64,000 nucleotides of DNA from Candidatus Cloacimonadales bacterium (GTDB lineage Bacteria; Cloacimonadota; Cloacimonadia; Cloacimonadales; JAFGVF01): the NCBI GenBank assembly GCA_963662585.1, contig OY759729.1, positions 2,688,001-2,752,000 of the forward strand, written 5' to 3'. The notes beneath the pieces are model-generated. The model worked only from the letters and a program-made list of their open reading frames with translations. It was not told the origin of the DNA and ran no database searches. Positions within the stretch are counted from its first letter, which is position 1. Each line of letters starts with the position of its first letter. Made by a program: the position numbers and the translations under genes. Below, piece after piece: positions 38,945-48,745 of the stretch.

Positions 38945-41188
38945 GTGAAAACAAAATTATTTGTCTTATTCTTTGTGTTAACTTCTTTTTTAAGGGCTGA
39001 AGTTATTTTTTATGATAATTTTAATCGTCCAAATGGAGAAGTAGGTAATAGTTGGATTACGGTTGGTCCAGCAGTTAACTCTGAAATTGAAGCTGGAGTA
39101 ATGAAGATTGACGCTGGCTTTAATCGTGGAATTAGCAGATCTTTTACAGAAATCAATAGTGGAATCTATTATGTCCAATATGATTGGAAATTCTCGGAGA
39201 GTGATTGGTTTGTTTCATCTTTTCCTAGTGATATTCCTGTTCATCTTCTTTGGGAAAACACAGGCTCATTTTACACTGATCCTTCTGGAGTGTATGCTAA
39301 TCCCGTACTGATCGGACAAGTGGCTGTGAATACTTGGGCTACTGTAAAGTGGAAGGTCAATATTGATACTAATCAATACTCAATCTGGATAAATGATGAT
39401 CTGCTTGCTGAAGATCTTACAAGTAATCCCATTAATCTGTTTAATAGCTTTACTTTCCGCACAGCAAATGGTTCTTTTGGAACTCAATTCATAGATAATT
39501 TTGTAGTTTTTAATAATACAGCCCCGCAAATTCCTAGTGGTTTAATAGCTTCAGGAAGTGTGAATGAAATAAGCTTAAACTGGACCGAAATAGAAGATCA
39601 AGATTTTATCACTTATAAAATTTATAGAAGCCTTACTAGTCCTGCAACAGACTTTCTTGCTGAAACTCAAGGTAATCAAAATAGTTATATTGATACTAGT
39701 GCAGAAGCAAATACTGATTATTTTTATAGAATAAAAGCTGTTTCTATGAATACTTTAGAAAGTCCTTATTCTGAAGAAGTTACTAGTCATTTAATGCCCT
39801 TACCTGTCTTAACTCCTGAAAGTTATATCCTTAATCTAAGAGTAGATAATCCTAGCGAAACTATAGATTTTAGTCTTTCAAACAATGGCTCTTACCCTCT
39901 ACATTATAACTTGTTAGGAACTGATGATTTAGCTCCTGAGAATCAATTACCAATTATCTCAGATTTTTCTCCTATGGGGATTCATTCTGGACATGCCTAT
40001 TATGTTAGTAATTCTGATATGGACTGGCATTCAGCCAAAGCACTTTGCCAAGAAAAGGGCGGACATCTTGTTACTATTTCCAATCTGGAAGAGAATACCT
40101 TTGTCTATGAAAATACTCAAGGGAAAATTTGGCTAGGTTTTACTGATGAAGAGCTTGAAGGAAATTGGGAGTGGATAACTGGTGAGCCGGTTAGCTTTAC
40201 TAATTGGTTACCAGGAGAACCAAATAATAACAATAATGATGAAAATTATGCTCATCTTAGACACACAGCTCCATTTGATAAATGGAACGATGAAGATGGT
40301 TCTTCTTACACCAACTTTTATGCTGTCTTAGAATTTGATTATTTACTATCTCCATCGATACTTATATTTGATCAAAGTTCTGGAAACATAAATTCGGGAG
40401 ATTTCCAAGATATTTCAGTCAGTGTTGATGGTAATAATTTAGCTGATGGGATTCATGAAACTTCAATTAGGTTGAATGTTCAAGGTATAACTCAACCTTA
40501 TTATTACCCAATAACAATCAATGTTGATTTTAATCCACCTTCTCAAGTAAGTAATGTCTCTGTTAATAGTCAAGTTACTGATGCTAATCAAATCGGGATA
40601 AATTGGGATAGTAATAATGCAACAGAACAGGTTCTGGCATATAAAATATATCGTAGAGGCAGAGATGAAGTGGATTGGAGATTACTTGCTACTCTTCCTA
40701 ATACTCAACTTTCATATACTGATAACCAATTTACACCAATTGATAGTACTTTTGTCTATTACTCAGTGACTGCAGAAGACTGGGTAGGCAATCTAAGCCA
40801 AGCATCTGAACCTATTATAGCTTCTTTACAAAGATATTTAGCTCCTGAATCCTTAGTGCTTGCTAATATCGAAGATCGAGATATTCAACTTTCTTGGAAT
40901 CCAGTAACTCATACAATTACTGGAGTAGCTGGTACCCCAAGCTGTTACATCATTTATAAAAGTCAAAGACCATTACCTTTGTCGGAATATGACTTTCTCG
41001 CAGTCTCTTTTACTCCTGAGTATACTCATAACTGGGCCCTCTACTTCCAACCAGCAGATAAATTATTCTATATCGTTACTGCTTACGGGGGGAATATGCA
41101 AAGATTAAATCAAATATTATCCAGGAAAGAGAGTTGGAAAAGGGGAGAATTAGAAGAAAAACTAAGGGCATTTAGAATAGATGATTAA
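38945..41188 (+). CDS. Secreted protein with fibronectin type III domains and a C-type lectin domain
   Basis: Signal peptide. FN3 motifs (LNW..YKIYR..YIDT..YFYRIKAV). CTLD: WHSAKALC..GGHLVTI..WLGFTD..FTNW..GEPN..WND. Confidence 0.82.
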   Translation: MKTKLFVLFFVLTSFLRAEVIFYDNFNRPNGEVGNSWITVGPAVNSEIEAGVMKIDAGFNRGISRSFTEINSGIYYVQYDWKFSESDWFVSSFPSDIPVHLLWENTGSFYTDPSGVYANPVLIGQVAVNTWATVKWKVNIDTNQYSIWINDDLLAEDLTSNPINLFNSFTFRTANGSFGTQFIDNFVVFNNTAPQIPSGLIASGSVNEISLNWTEIEDQDFITYKIYRSLTSPATDFLAETQGNQNSYIDTSAEANTDYFYRIKAVSMNTLESPYSEEVTSHLMPLPVLTPESYILNLRVDNPSETIDFSLSNNGSYPLHYNLLGTDDLAPENQLPIISDFSPMGIHSGHAYYVSNSDMDWHSAKALCQEKGGHLVTISNLEENTFVYENTQGKIWLGFTDEELEGNWEWITGEPVSFTNWLPGEPNNNNNDENYAHLRHTAPFDKWNDEDGSSYTNFYAVLEFDYLLSPSILIFDQSSGNINSGDFQDISVSVDGNNLADGIHETSIRLNVQGITQPYYYPITINVDFNPPSQVSNVSVNSQVTDANQIGINWDSNNATEQVLAYKIYRRGRDEVDWRLLATLPNTQLSYTDNQFTPIDSTFVYYSVTAEDWVGNLSQASEPIIASLQRYLAPESLVLANIEDRDIQLSWNPVTHTITGVAGTPSCYIIYKSQRPLPLSEYDFLAVSFTPEYTHNWALYFQPADKLFYIVTAYGGNMQRLNQILSRKESWKRGELEEKLRAFRIDD

Positions 41189-41457
41189 GAATGTAGAATT
41201 TGACAAGGTAAAAATGCCTGCATGCTTGTAGGTATTACTGTATTATTTGGGTTAAACAGGAAGTTGAATTAGTCTTTCTTAACTAGGATGTTTTCAATCC
41301 TCTTCCCTAGATAGCTAGCTTATCATGTCTAAATCGTTTCTCTAGTAAAATTCTAAATTCATATTCTTCTAGCAATAAAATCTATTGACACAATCACTAT
41401 AAAGAAAAAATATAATTATCTTGAATAAAAATTTTACTTTTGAGGAGTTAAATAACT

Positions 41458-42753
41458 ATGAAAACAATATTTGTTAAAGATATAAAAGACTATTTAGGTG
41501 AGGAAATTCATCTTCGTGGTTGGGTTAGGAATATTAGGAAAAGTGGAAAATTAATGTTTATCATTTTTAGAGATGGTACAGGAACTATTCAGACTGTTGT
41601 CTATAAACCTGGCATCGGAGAAGAAAAATTTGAGCTTTCCAAGACTTTGACTATTGAGTCATCTGTAGAAATTTGGGGTACTCCTAAAGAACATCCTAAC
41701 AAACCAGGTGTTTATGAATTAGATGTTACAGATTTAAAACCTGTATGTATCTCTCCAGAATACCCAATTAGTAAAAAAGAACATGGTCCTGATTTCTTAT
41801 TATCTAACCGTCATTTGTGGATAAGAGCACCCAAGCAATGGGCTAACTTAAAAGTAAGACATACTGTTTATCATGCTGTAAGTGAATATCTTAACAATAA
41901 TTCTTTTACTAGATTTGATTCCCCTATTTTAACTCCTAATCCTTGTGAAGGTTCAACCACTCTCTTTGAAGTAGAATATTTCGACCAAGGTTCAGCATAT
42001 CTTTCCCAATCAGGACAGCTCTACTTAGAACCGGCAATTATGACTTTGGGAAGAGTTTATGATTTTGGTCCTGTTTTTAGAGCTGAAAAATCAAAGACAA
42101 GAAAACACTTAACTGAATTCTGGATGATGGATGCAGAAGCAGCTTTTGTTGAACATAAAGAGAATATGGAAATTCAAGAAGGATTAGTTAGACATGTTAT
42201 TAGAACAGTCTTAGAAAAATGTCCAAAAGAGTTGGAAATATTAGAAAGAGATGTTGAGCAACTTAAAAAAGCTGATGCTCCATTTAGGGTTATGACTCAT
42301 TATGAAGCTATTGAATTTTTACAAAGTAAAGGTTGTGAAATCTCTCATGGTGAAGATTTTGGAGCTAATGAAGAAGCTTTATTAACTGAAGGCAGTGATG
42401 TCGCTCTATTCATTGAAAAATGGCCTAAAAAAATTAAAGCTTTCTATATGAAACAAGATCCAGAAAACCCAGACTTAGTACTTGGTTCAGACTTAATCGC
42501 CCCTGAAGGATTTGGCGAAATTATTGGTGGTTCTCAGCGTGAAGATGATTATGATGTTCTTCTTGCTAGAATGGAAGAAGAAAAGCTAGATGTTAGTACC
42601 TATGAATGGTATTTAGATATGCGTAAATATGGTTCAGTTCCTCATAGTGGATTCGGTATCGGTTTAGAGAGATTAGTTCAATGGATGACTGGAACCAAAC
42701 ACATCAGAGAAGTAATTCCATTCCCAAGAATGATTTATAGAATTTATCCATAA
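41458..42753 (+). CDS. asnS: Asparagine--tRNA ligase
   Basis: RGWVRNIRKSGK, LSQSGQLY, FRAEKSKTRKHLTEFWM, GEIIGGSQRE, RKYGSVPHSGFGIGLER. Confidence 0.96.
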   Translation: MKTIFVKDIKDYLGEEIHLRGWVRNIRKSGKLMFIIFRDGTGTIQTVVYKPGIGEEKFELSKTLTIESSVEIWGTPKEHPNKPGVYELDVTDLKPVCISPEYPISKKEHGPDFLLSNRHLWIRAPKQWANLKVRHTVYHAVSEYLNNNSFTRFDSPILTPNPCEGSTTLFEVEYFDQGSAYLSQSGQLYLEPAIMTLGRVYDFGPVFRAEKSKTRKHLTEFWMMDAEAAFVEHKENMEIQEGLVRHVIRTVLEKCPKELEILERDVEQLKKADAPFRVMTHYEAIEFLQSKGCEISHGEDFGANEEALLTEGSDVALFIEKWPKKIKAFYMKQDPENPDLVLGSDLIAPEGFGEIIGGSQREDDYDVLLARMEEEKLDVSTYEWYLDMRKYGSVPHSGFGIGLERLVQWMTGTKHIREVIPFPRMIYRIYP

Positions 42754-42828
42754 GATATATATTTTAGATTATGCAAAATATTAAGATAAAGAAATTTGAC
42801 CAGGATTCTCAAGTAGATTAATTAATAT

Positions 42829-43392
42829 ATGAAAGATAATGAGCATTATAATCTAAATGATAGACTTGATTCTAAGTTAAAAGATAAATTACTGGAACTC
42901 AGTTTCTATACTGCTTGTGCAGGAACAATATCTATAGCTGAATCATTAATACCTAAGCCTTTTCCTTTTTTAAAGATTGGCTTATCAAATATCGTTATAA
43001 TGCTGTTAATTATGAAAAGAGAAGAGGTCTCTGCTATCTTAGTCTTATTAGGAAAGATAATATTATCTGGCTTGTTAGTAGGTACACTTTTAATGCCGAC
43101 AACTTTAATAGCCTTAGGAAGTGGCTTTGTTTCACTCTTAATAATGGCTTTTCTTGGTCGGATAAAATTTGGTCTTAGTTGGGTTGGAATTAGTATAATA
43201 GCTGCTGTTGCCCATAATTTAATGCAATTAGTTATTGTAAGAGCGATTATGATCTATTCAAATTCTCTATTTGAATTGATTCCGCTATTACTTATATTGG
43301 GAATTGGAACCGGGACTATTACCGGGATAATTGCAATTACCTTAAAACAACGCTTACCACGGAGCTTTAATGAAAAGAAAATATACGAGTAA
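42829..43392 (+). CDS. Gx transporter family membrane protein (heptaprenyl-PP synthase component I-like)
   Basis: ESLIPKPFPFLKIGLSN, AVAHNLMQL; multiple transmembrane helices. Confidence 0.8.
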   Translation: MKDNEHYNLNDRLDSKLKDKLLELSFYTACAGTISIAESLIPKPFPFLKIGLSNIVIMLLIMKREEVSAILVLLGKIILSGLLVGTLLMPTTLIALGSGFVSLLIMAFLGRIKFGLSWVGISIIAAVAHNLMQLVIVRAIMIYSNSLFELIPLLLILGIGTGTITGIIAITLKQRLPRSFNEKKIYE

Positions 43393-45658
43393 AGAGAAGA
43401 CAAAGTTTATTAGATTAGTACTATTCTATTTCTCGATACTGTGTGTTCTGGCAGTTGGAGTATCTTATGGTGTTTATTATATTTTTAAGATAAATACTAA
43501 TAATTTACCTTCTCCAGCAGAACTGATAAATTATGAGATATCTTTACCTTCCAAGGTTTATGATTGTAGGGGAGAGGTTATACATACCTTTGCCACAGAA
43601 CAGAGAGCTTTGGTTGAGTATAATGAATTACCTCAACACCTGAAAGATGCTATAACTTCGACTGAAGATAGAAACTTCTATACTCATTTTGGGATTGATG
43701 TACTAGGAACTCTTAGGGCTGCGATAACTAACCTAAAAAGGGGTTCCGCTTCTCAAGGAGCTTCCACTCTAACACAACAGCTTTCCCGAAATTTATTCCT
43801 CAGTCATGAGCGTTCTTGGATAAGGAAGATCAAGGAAGCAATGGTTACTCTTCTGATAGAAAAAGAATTTTCCAAAGAAGAGATTATGGAAATATACTTT
43901 AATAAAGTATATATCGGAGAGGGTGTTTACGGCGTTGGTAGAGCATCAAGTTATTATTTTGGTAAAGATGTTAAGGATTTATCAATTGCTGAAGCAGCAA
44001 CTTTAGTTGGTATGCTACAAAGACCGAATTATTTTAATCCTAGAAAAAGAGTGGAAAGAACTACTCAGAGGAGAAATTTAGTTCTTTCTAGAATGTATAA
44101 AACAAATAGTATTACTAAAGAAGAGTATAAAAGAGAGAAAGCAAAAGCATTAGTTTGTGTCGAGCGTGAATTTGATGAACTTAACTCATTTTATCTCTAT
44201 TATATTGGAAATGAGTTAGTAAAGAAATATGGTAAAAAAGCACTTTATGAAGATGGTTTATCTATACATCTTACTTTAGATTGGGATTTAACTCAATATG
44301 CAGATACTTTACTTAATAGACAATTAACCAAAATTGAAGACGAACTTGGATATGAGATTCGCTATTCCAACTATGATCCAAATGTTACAGATATTAAGAC
44401 TCCTTACATTCAAGGTGGGATATTTTTAGTAGATGCTCATTCTGGACATGTTAAAACTATGTTGGGTGGTCGCAACTTTAAGCATTCAAAATTGAATAGA
44501 ATTATGCAGTCAAGACGCCAAGTAGGTTCTTCTATAAAACCAATTCTCTATACTGCTGCCTTAGAAAATGGCTATACCCCTTCAACAGTGATCAGAGATG
44601 ATGACTTCCGAATTAGAATGTTTGGTTGGGATAGAATTCCTCATTTAGAAGATCTTCCTGATTCTCTATTGGCTGATTCAACCTATGTCGATTCTTTAAA
44701 GAAATTAGAGAAAAAGTACTTATATTCTCCTTCAAATTATACCAAAACTCAAGGTGGATATATTACTTTAAGAAAAGCTATTCGTAACTCTTTTAATATC
44801 TACGCAGTAAAAACAATGTATGATATCGGAAAAAGCACAGTAGCCCAAAAAGCAGATAAATTCGGGATAAGAGTCCCACCTTATTACTCTTCTGCTTTGG
44901 GAACTCCAGAGCTAAAACCAATTGATATGATAACAGCTTATACAGCATTTCCTAATCAAGGAAGAAGGGTAAAACCAATTTTTGTTGATAAAGTCTATGA
45001 TAAATATGGCAATCTGTTAGAATCATCTACAACCGAGACTATTCAAGTCTGTGAGCCTGATGTAGCTTATTTAATGTCAGATTTAATGACTTCAGTTACT
45101 AAACCAGGTGGTACTGCTGGTTCTTCTTTCCATAGTCCAGAAAATAGAGCTCTTTATCCATGGCCATCCGCTGGTAAAACTGGTACAACTGATGATTATA
45201 AAGATGCTTGGTTTATAGGTATGAATGGAAAATATGTTATTGGTATTTGGACTGGTTTTGATAATTATTCTGCACTAAGTGGAGATACTTTATTAGTGAA
45301 GTTTGATACTTTAGGACATAAGATAAATGGAATAGGTCATGGTGTTGGTGGTGGTTATGCTTGTGCTCCTATCGCTAGCAGAATATTATCTCGCTTGATA
45401 GTTAATGATAATGGAGGAAAAATGCCTCCTGCCAACGATGCTCGTTATTCTTTTAAAAGACCTGATAGTATAATAGAAGAGTACATTGATCCTGATACTG
45501 GTTTTAGAACACTAAATAGAAGTAAGGGAATAAAAGAAGTTTTCTCTAGACGCTTCCCTTTACCTCAACTACAACGCCCAGGATTGAAATACAACTTCCC
45601 TCCACTGTATAGATATGATGACCCTAATCCTATGATTGTCGATGAACTTAATAATTAG
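43370..45658 (+). CDS. Class A penicillin-binding protein 1A
   Basis: EDRNFYTHFG, GASTLTQQL, RKIKE; transpeptidase SSIK, SFN, KTG. Confidence 0.93.
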   Translation: MKRKYTSKEKTKFIRLVLFYFSILCVLAVGVSYGVYYIFKINTNNLPSPAELINYEISLPSKVYDCRGEVIHTFATEQRALVEYNELPQHLKDAITSTEDRNFYTHFGIDVLGTLRAAITNLKRGSASQGASTLTQQLSRNLFLSHERSWIRKIKEAMVTLLIEKEFSKEEIMEIYFNKVYIGEGVYGVGRASSYYFGKDVKDLSIAEAATLVGMLQRPNYFNPRKRVERTTQRRNLVLSRMYKTNSITKEEYKREKAKALVCVEREFDELNSFYLYYIGNELVKKYGKKALYEDGLSIHLTLDWDLTQYADTLLNRQLTKIEDELGYEIRYSNYDPNVTDIKTPYIQGGIFLVDAHSGHVKTMLGGRNFKHSKLNRIMQSRRQVGSSIKPILYTAALENGYTPSTVIRDDDFRIRMFGWDRIPHLEDLPDSLLADSTYVDSLKKLEKKYLYSPSNYTKTQGGYITLRKAIRNSFNIYAVKTMYDIGKSTVAQKADKFGIRVPPYYSSALGTPELKPIDMITAYTAFPNQGRRVKPIFVDKVYDKYGNLLESSTTETIQVCEPDVAYLMSDLMTSVTKPGGTAGSSFHSPENRALYPWPSAGKTGTTDDYKDAWFIGMNGKYVIGIWTGFDNYSALSGDTLLVKFDTLGHKINGIGHGVGGGYACAPIASRILSRLIVNDNGGKMPPANDARYSFKRPDSIIEEYIDPDTGFRTLNRSKGIKEVFSRRFPLPQLQRPGLKYNFPPLYRYDDPNPMIVDELNN

Positions 45659-45667
45659 GAGTAGTTA

Positions 45668-46831
45668 ATGTTATCATCAATAATCATCTATATTACTTTA
45701 ATTGCAGGCTTTCTCTACTTCCTTCTTGCTGCAATATACTCTTGGTCCTTTCATCATATTAAACGAAAAAGAAGTTTTAAAAAGAGATTAGTTTCTGTAA
45801 TTATAGCTTGTAGAAATGAAGAAGATACTCTTCCTAGATTATTGACTTTGTTAGTGAATCAAACATACCCTAAAGAGTTGTTTGAAGTTATTATTGCTAA
45901 TGATGAATCCTCGGATTCAACTGAGGAAATTCTGAAAAGATTTTCAGCTAAATTTAAAGTGATTAACTACTTTAATGTAGTAGATAGAGAATTAGCAGTA
46001 AGTCCTAAAAAGAACGCACTTTCTCAAGCAATAGCTCAATCAAAAGGTGAAATATTACTTCTTACTGATGCAGATTGTTTTCCTAAAAGTACTTGGATTG
46101 AATCTATGGTCCAAGCTTTCACAGATGATATTTCTATGGTTGCAGGATATTCTTCAACAGAAATAGATTGGAAAAAAGCTTCTTTTGTTCAGAAATTTGA
46201 ACATATAGATCTTTTATGCCTCTACATCGGGTTAGCAGGTGGCTTTGCCATGGGTAAACAATTTACTGCCATAGGACAGAACTTAGCATATACCCGAAAA
46301 GCTTATGATCAAGTAGGGGGATTTACTAAAATAAATCACCTTGTCTCTGGTGATGATTGTAATTTCTTACAACTTGTTAGAAGAGAAGGTTTAAATATTA
46401 AATTCAATTTTGAAGAAGATAGCTTTGTGAAAACAAAAGCTATTCCCTCTTGGAAAAAACTATTTAATCAACATAGTCGCTGGTTTTCTAACCTTAAATT
46501 AATGCTTAAGGCCAACACAGAATTCTTTATAATACTAGCAATATTATTTATCTATTATGTTGGCATAGTAGCTACTCTTTTCATTGATTGGCGAATCTTC
46601 GTACTAGCCTTAGCTCTAAAGTTTGTAGGCGAGATGCAGATGTTTTATTTCTCTTATCCTGTTTTTAAAGTGCATAGGAGATTGATTTGGTTCTATCCAG
46701 TATGGATGGCGATTCAAACAGTATTTAATATTCTGACTATATTTATTGGTCAATTTAATTGGTTTGTATGGCATGGAAAAAAGCAAAAAATTGCAAAAAG
46801 GAATAATGATGAAGTATTTGATAGTAGATGA
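45668..46831 (+). CDS. Family 2 glycosyltransferase, membrane-bound
   Basis: VSVIIACRNEE, TDADC, SGDD, QHSRW; flanking transmembrane helices. Confidence 0.88.
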   Translation: MLSSIIIYITLIAGFLYFLLAAIYSWSFHHIKRKRSFKKRLVSVIIACRNEEDTLPRLLTLLVNQTYPKELFEVIIANDESSDSTEEILKRFSAKFKVINYFNVVDRELAVSPKKNALSQAIAQSKGEILLLTDADCFPKSTWIESMVQAFTDDISMVAGYSSTEIDWKKASFVQKFEHIDLLCLYIGLAGGFAMGKQFTAIGQNLAYTRKAYDQVGGFTKINHLVSGDDCNFLQLVRREGLNIKFNFEEDSFVKTKAIPSWKKLFNQHSRWFSNLKLMLKANTEFFIILAILFIYYVGIVATLFIDWRIFVLALALKFVGEMQMFYFSYPVFKVHRRLIWFYPVWMAIQTVFNILTIFIGQFNWFVWHGKKQKIAKRNNDEVFDSR

Positions 46832-47882
46832 TTTAGGATTAAATTTTTCAAGTATTGCCCCTTTGCGTTCTCAATTAGAAATCAAAGCAGGAATCTTAAA
46901 ATTAAGACAGAAGATTGAGGGCTATTTAGGTATCGAAGAAGTTAACCTAATTATTGATAGAAAATTAGAAGAAATTTATCAAGAAAGATACAGTGATAAA
47001 ACTATTAACGAACTAGCTCAGGGAGAAATCTGTTTTCTTAATGGTAGAATAAAGATAACTGAAGAGATAGCAGATATTATTATTGAGCAGGAAGTTAATT
47101 CTGTCTTAACTAATGAGAATAATGAATTTATATCTATAAAAATTATTAATCAAAATCCTACTCCTTGCGATAGTAATGAGTTTCTTAAAATGGATTTTTC
47201 AAAGCTAACTAAACGAATCAAAGATATTAAACTATGGACTTCTCTTGATGAAATAATCTTAGCAAATGGAGATTTAATTCAACAAGACTATACAGATTTT
47301 TTCTATGATAAAGATAACTATTCAGAAACAGAGCAGGGTGTAACAATTATTAACCCTTATAATGTCTGGATAGGTGAGGGAGCTGTTTTAAAACATGGAG
47401 TTGTGTTAGATGCTTCTAAAGGGCCTATTATTGTTGATGAAGAAGCGGTGATTGGACTCAATACAACAATTGAGGGACCTGCATATATTGGCAAAAAAAC
47501 TCTATTACAAGCTTCATCTTTGATTAGAGAAGGGACATCTATAGGTAAGTTGTCAGATATTGGTGGAGAAATAGTAGCCTCAGTAATTCAAGGATTCTCT
47601 ACCAAACCTTTTAAGGGAACTCTCAATAAATGCTATGTTGGCGAATGGACTAAATTTGAAGCTGGGATATCTATTGATTCTGACTTCTTTGATTCTGAAA
47701 GAGTTACGATTATTAGAGACTATTCTCTATCATTCCTCTTTAGTAATAGTTCTGCTGAAAATATTTGTCAATATCAGGAAATGAGAAAAACAAAATTAGA
47801 AGCCATGAAGTTTGACAGGAATGTTAAGTTCAGTAAAATAGAACACAAGCTTCTTAAACAATATTTAAATGAGGAAATTTAA
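46809..47882 (+). CDS. Putative sugar nucleotidyltransferase / GlmU-like protein with left-handed beta-helix
   Basis: EIKAGILKLRQK N-terminus; hexapeptide repeats VLDASKGPIIV, IEGPAYIG, IGGEI. Confidence 0.7.
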   Translation: MKYLIVDDLGLNFSSIAPLRSQLEIKAGILKLRQKIEGYLGIEEVNLIIDRKLEEIYQERYSDKTINELAQGEICFLNGRIKITEEIADIIIEQEVNSVLTNENNEFISIKIINQNPTPCDSNEFLKMDFSKLTKRIKDIKLWTSLDEIILANGDLIQQDYTDFFYDKDNYSETEQGVTIINPYNVWIGEGAVLKHGVVLDASKGPIIVDEEAVIGLNTTIEGPAYIGKKTLLQASSLIREGTSIGKLSDIGGEIVASVIQGFSTKPFKGTLNKCYVGEWTKFEAGISIDSDFFDSERVTIIRDYSLSFLFSNSSAENICQYQEMRKTKLEAMKFDRNVKFSKIEHKLLKQYLNEEI

Positions 47883-48745
47883 TGACAAAATATATAGAGA
47901 TTGAATTTAGATCAGGAAAGATTGCTTATATAAAAGTTGATCATGAATTAGAACTTAGACCTGATGATTCAATTATTATTGAGGTTGAACGAGGTATTGA
48001 TTTTTGTAATATATTAAGTACCTATATTCCTGAAGAACAAGTAGATAAACTGAAAAGTGAATACAAAGAGTATAAGTATGTTAGAATGGCAGAAGATAAT
48101 GATGTTAATGCTATAGAAATTATTCGAAGCAAAGAAGAAAAAGCAAGTGCAACATTCTTGGAAATCCTAACTAAATATGACTTTGATATGAAACTAATAA
48201 GTACAGTTTACCAATACGATGGTAATAAACTAACTTTTAATTTTACTGCTGATGGCAGAATTGATTTTAGATTGTTTGTACGAGAATTAGCTAATATTTT
48301 CAAAACCAGAATTGAACTTCACCAGACTACCGGAAGAGATGAAGCAAAACTGCTTGGTGGCTATGGTATGTGTGGGAAAGTATATTGCTGCGCATCTTTT
48401 ATGAGAAAGTTCAATCAAGTTACCATTAAAATGGCTAAAGATCAGAATTTAGCAGGTAATTTATCCAAAATATCAGGACCTTGTGGCAGATTATTATGTT
48501 GCCTACAATTCGAAGAAGACTACTATGAAGAGATTGCTAAAGACTTCCCTGTAATAGGGACTAAAGCTCTCTTATACAAGCAAATGTGGTATGTCTTTAA
48601 AAATGATTATTATAATAAGAAAGTTTATCTCTCTTCAGAAGACCAATCTATGGAAATAATTAGTTTGGAAGATTTTAAAAAACAAGCAAGAATAAAGTAT
48701 GTGCCAGATGACGACGACATTAGTTCAATCCCCGGAAGTTATTAA
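47882..48745 (+). CDS. ricT: PSP1 / RicT (YaaT) family Fe-S regulatory protein
   Basis: FTADGRIDFR, KTRIEL, GMCGKVYCC, KMAKDQNL, SGPCGRLLCCL. Confidence 0.88.
   Translation: MTKYIEIEFRSGKIAYIKVDHELELRPDDSIIIEVERGIDFCNILSTYIPEEQVDKLKSEYKEYKYVRMAEDNDVNAIEIIRSKEEKASATFLEILTKYDFDMKLISTVYQYDGNKLTFNFTADGRIDFRLFVRELANIFKTRIELHQTTGRDEAKLLGGYGMCGKVYCCASFMRKFNQVTIKMAKDQNLAGNLSKISGPCGRLLCCLQFEEDYYEEIAKDFPVIGTKALLYKQMWYVFKNDYYNKKVYLSSEDQSMEIISLEDFKKQARIKYVPDDDDISSIPGSY

Noticed and set aside
38912..41257. Integron cassette (GTTAAAT / GTTAAAC flanking the lectin gene)
   Set aside because: There is no matching RYYYAAC inverse core or attC fold and no integrase; the motifs are better explained as MITE-end-like sequence.
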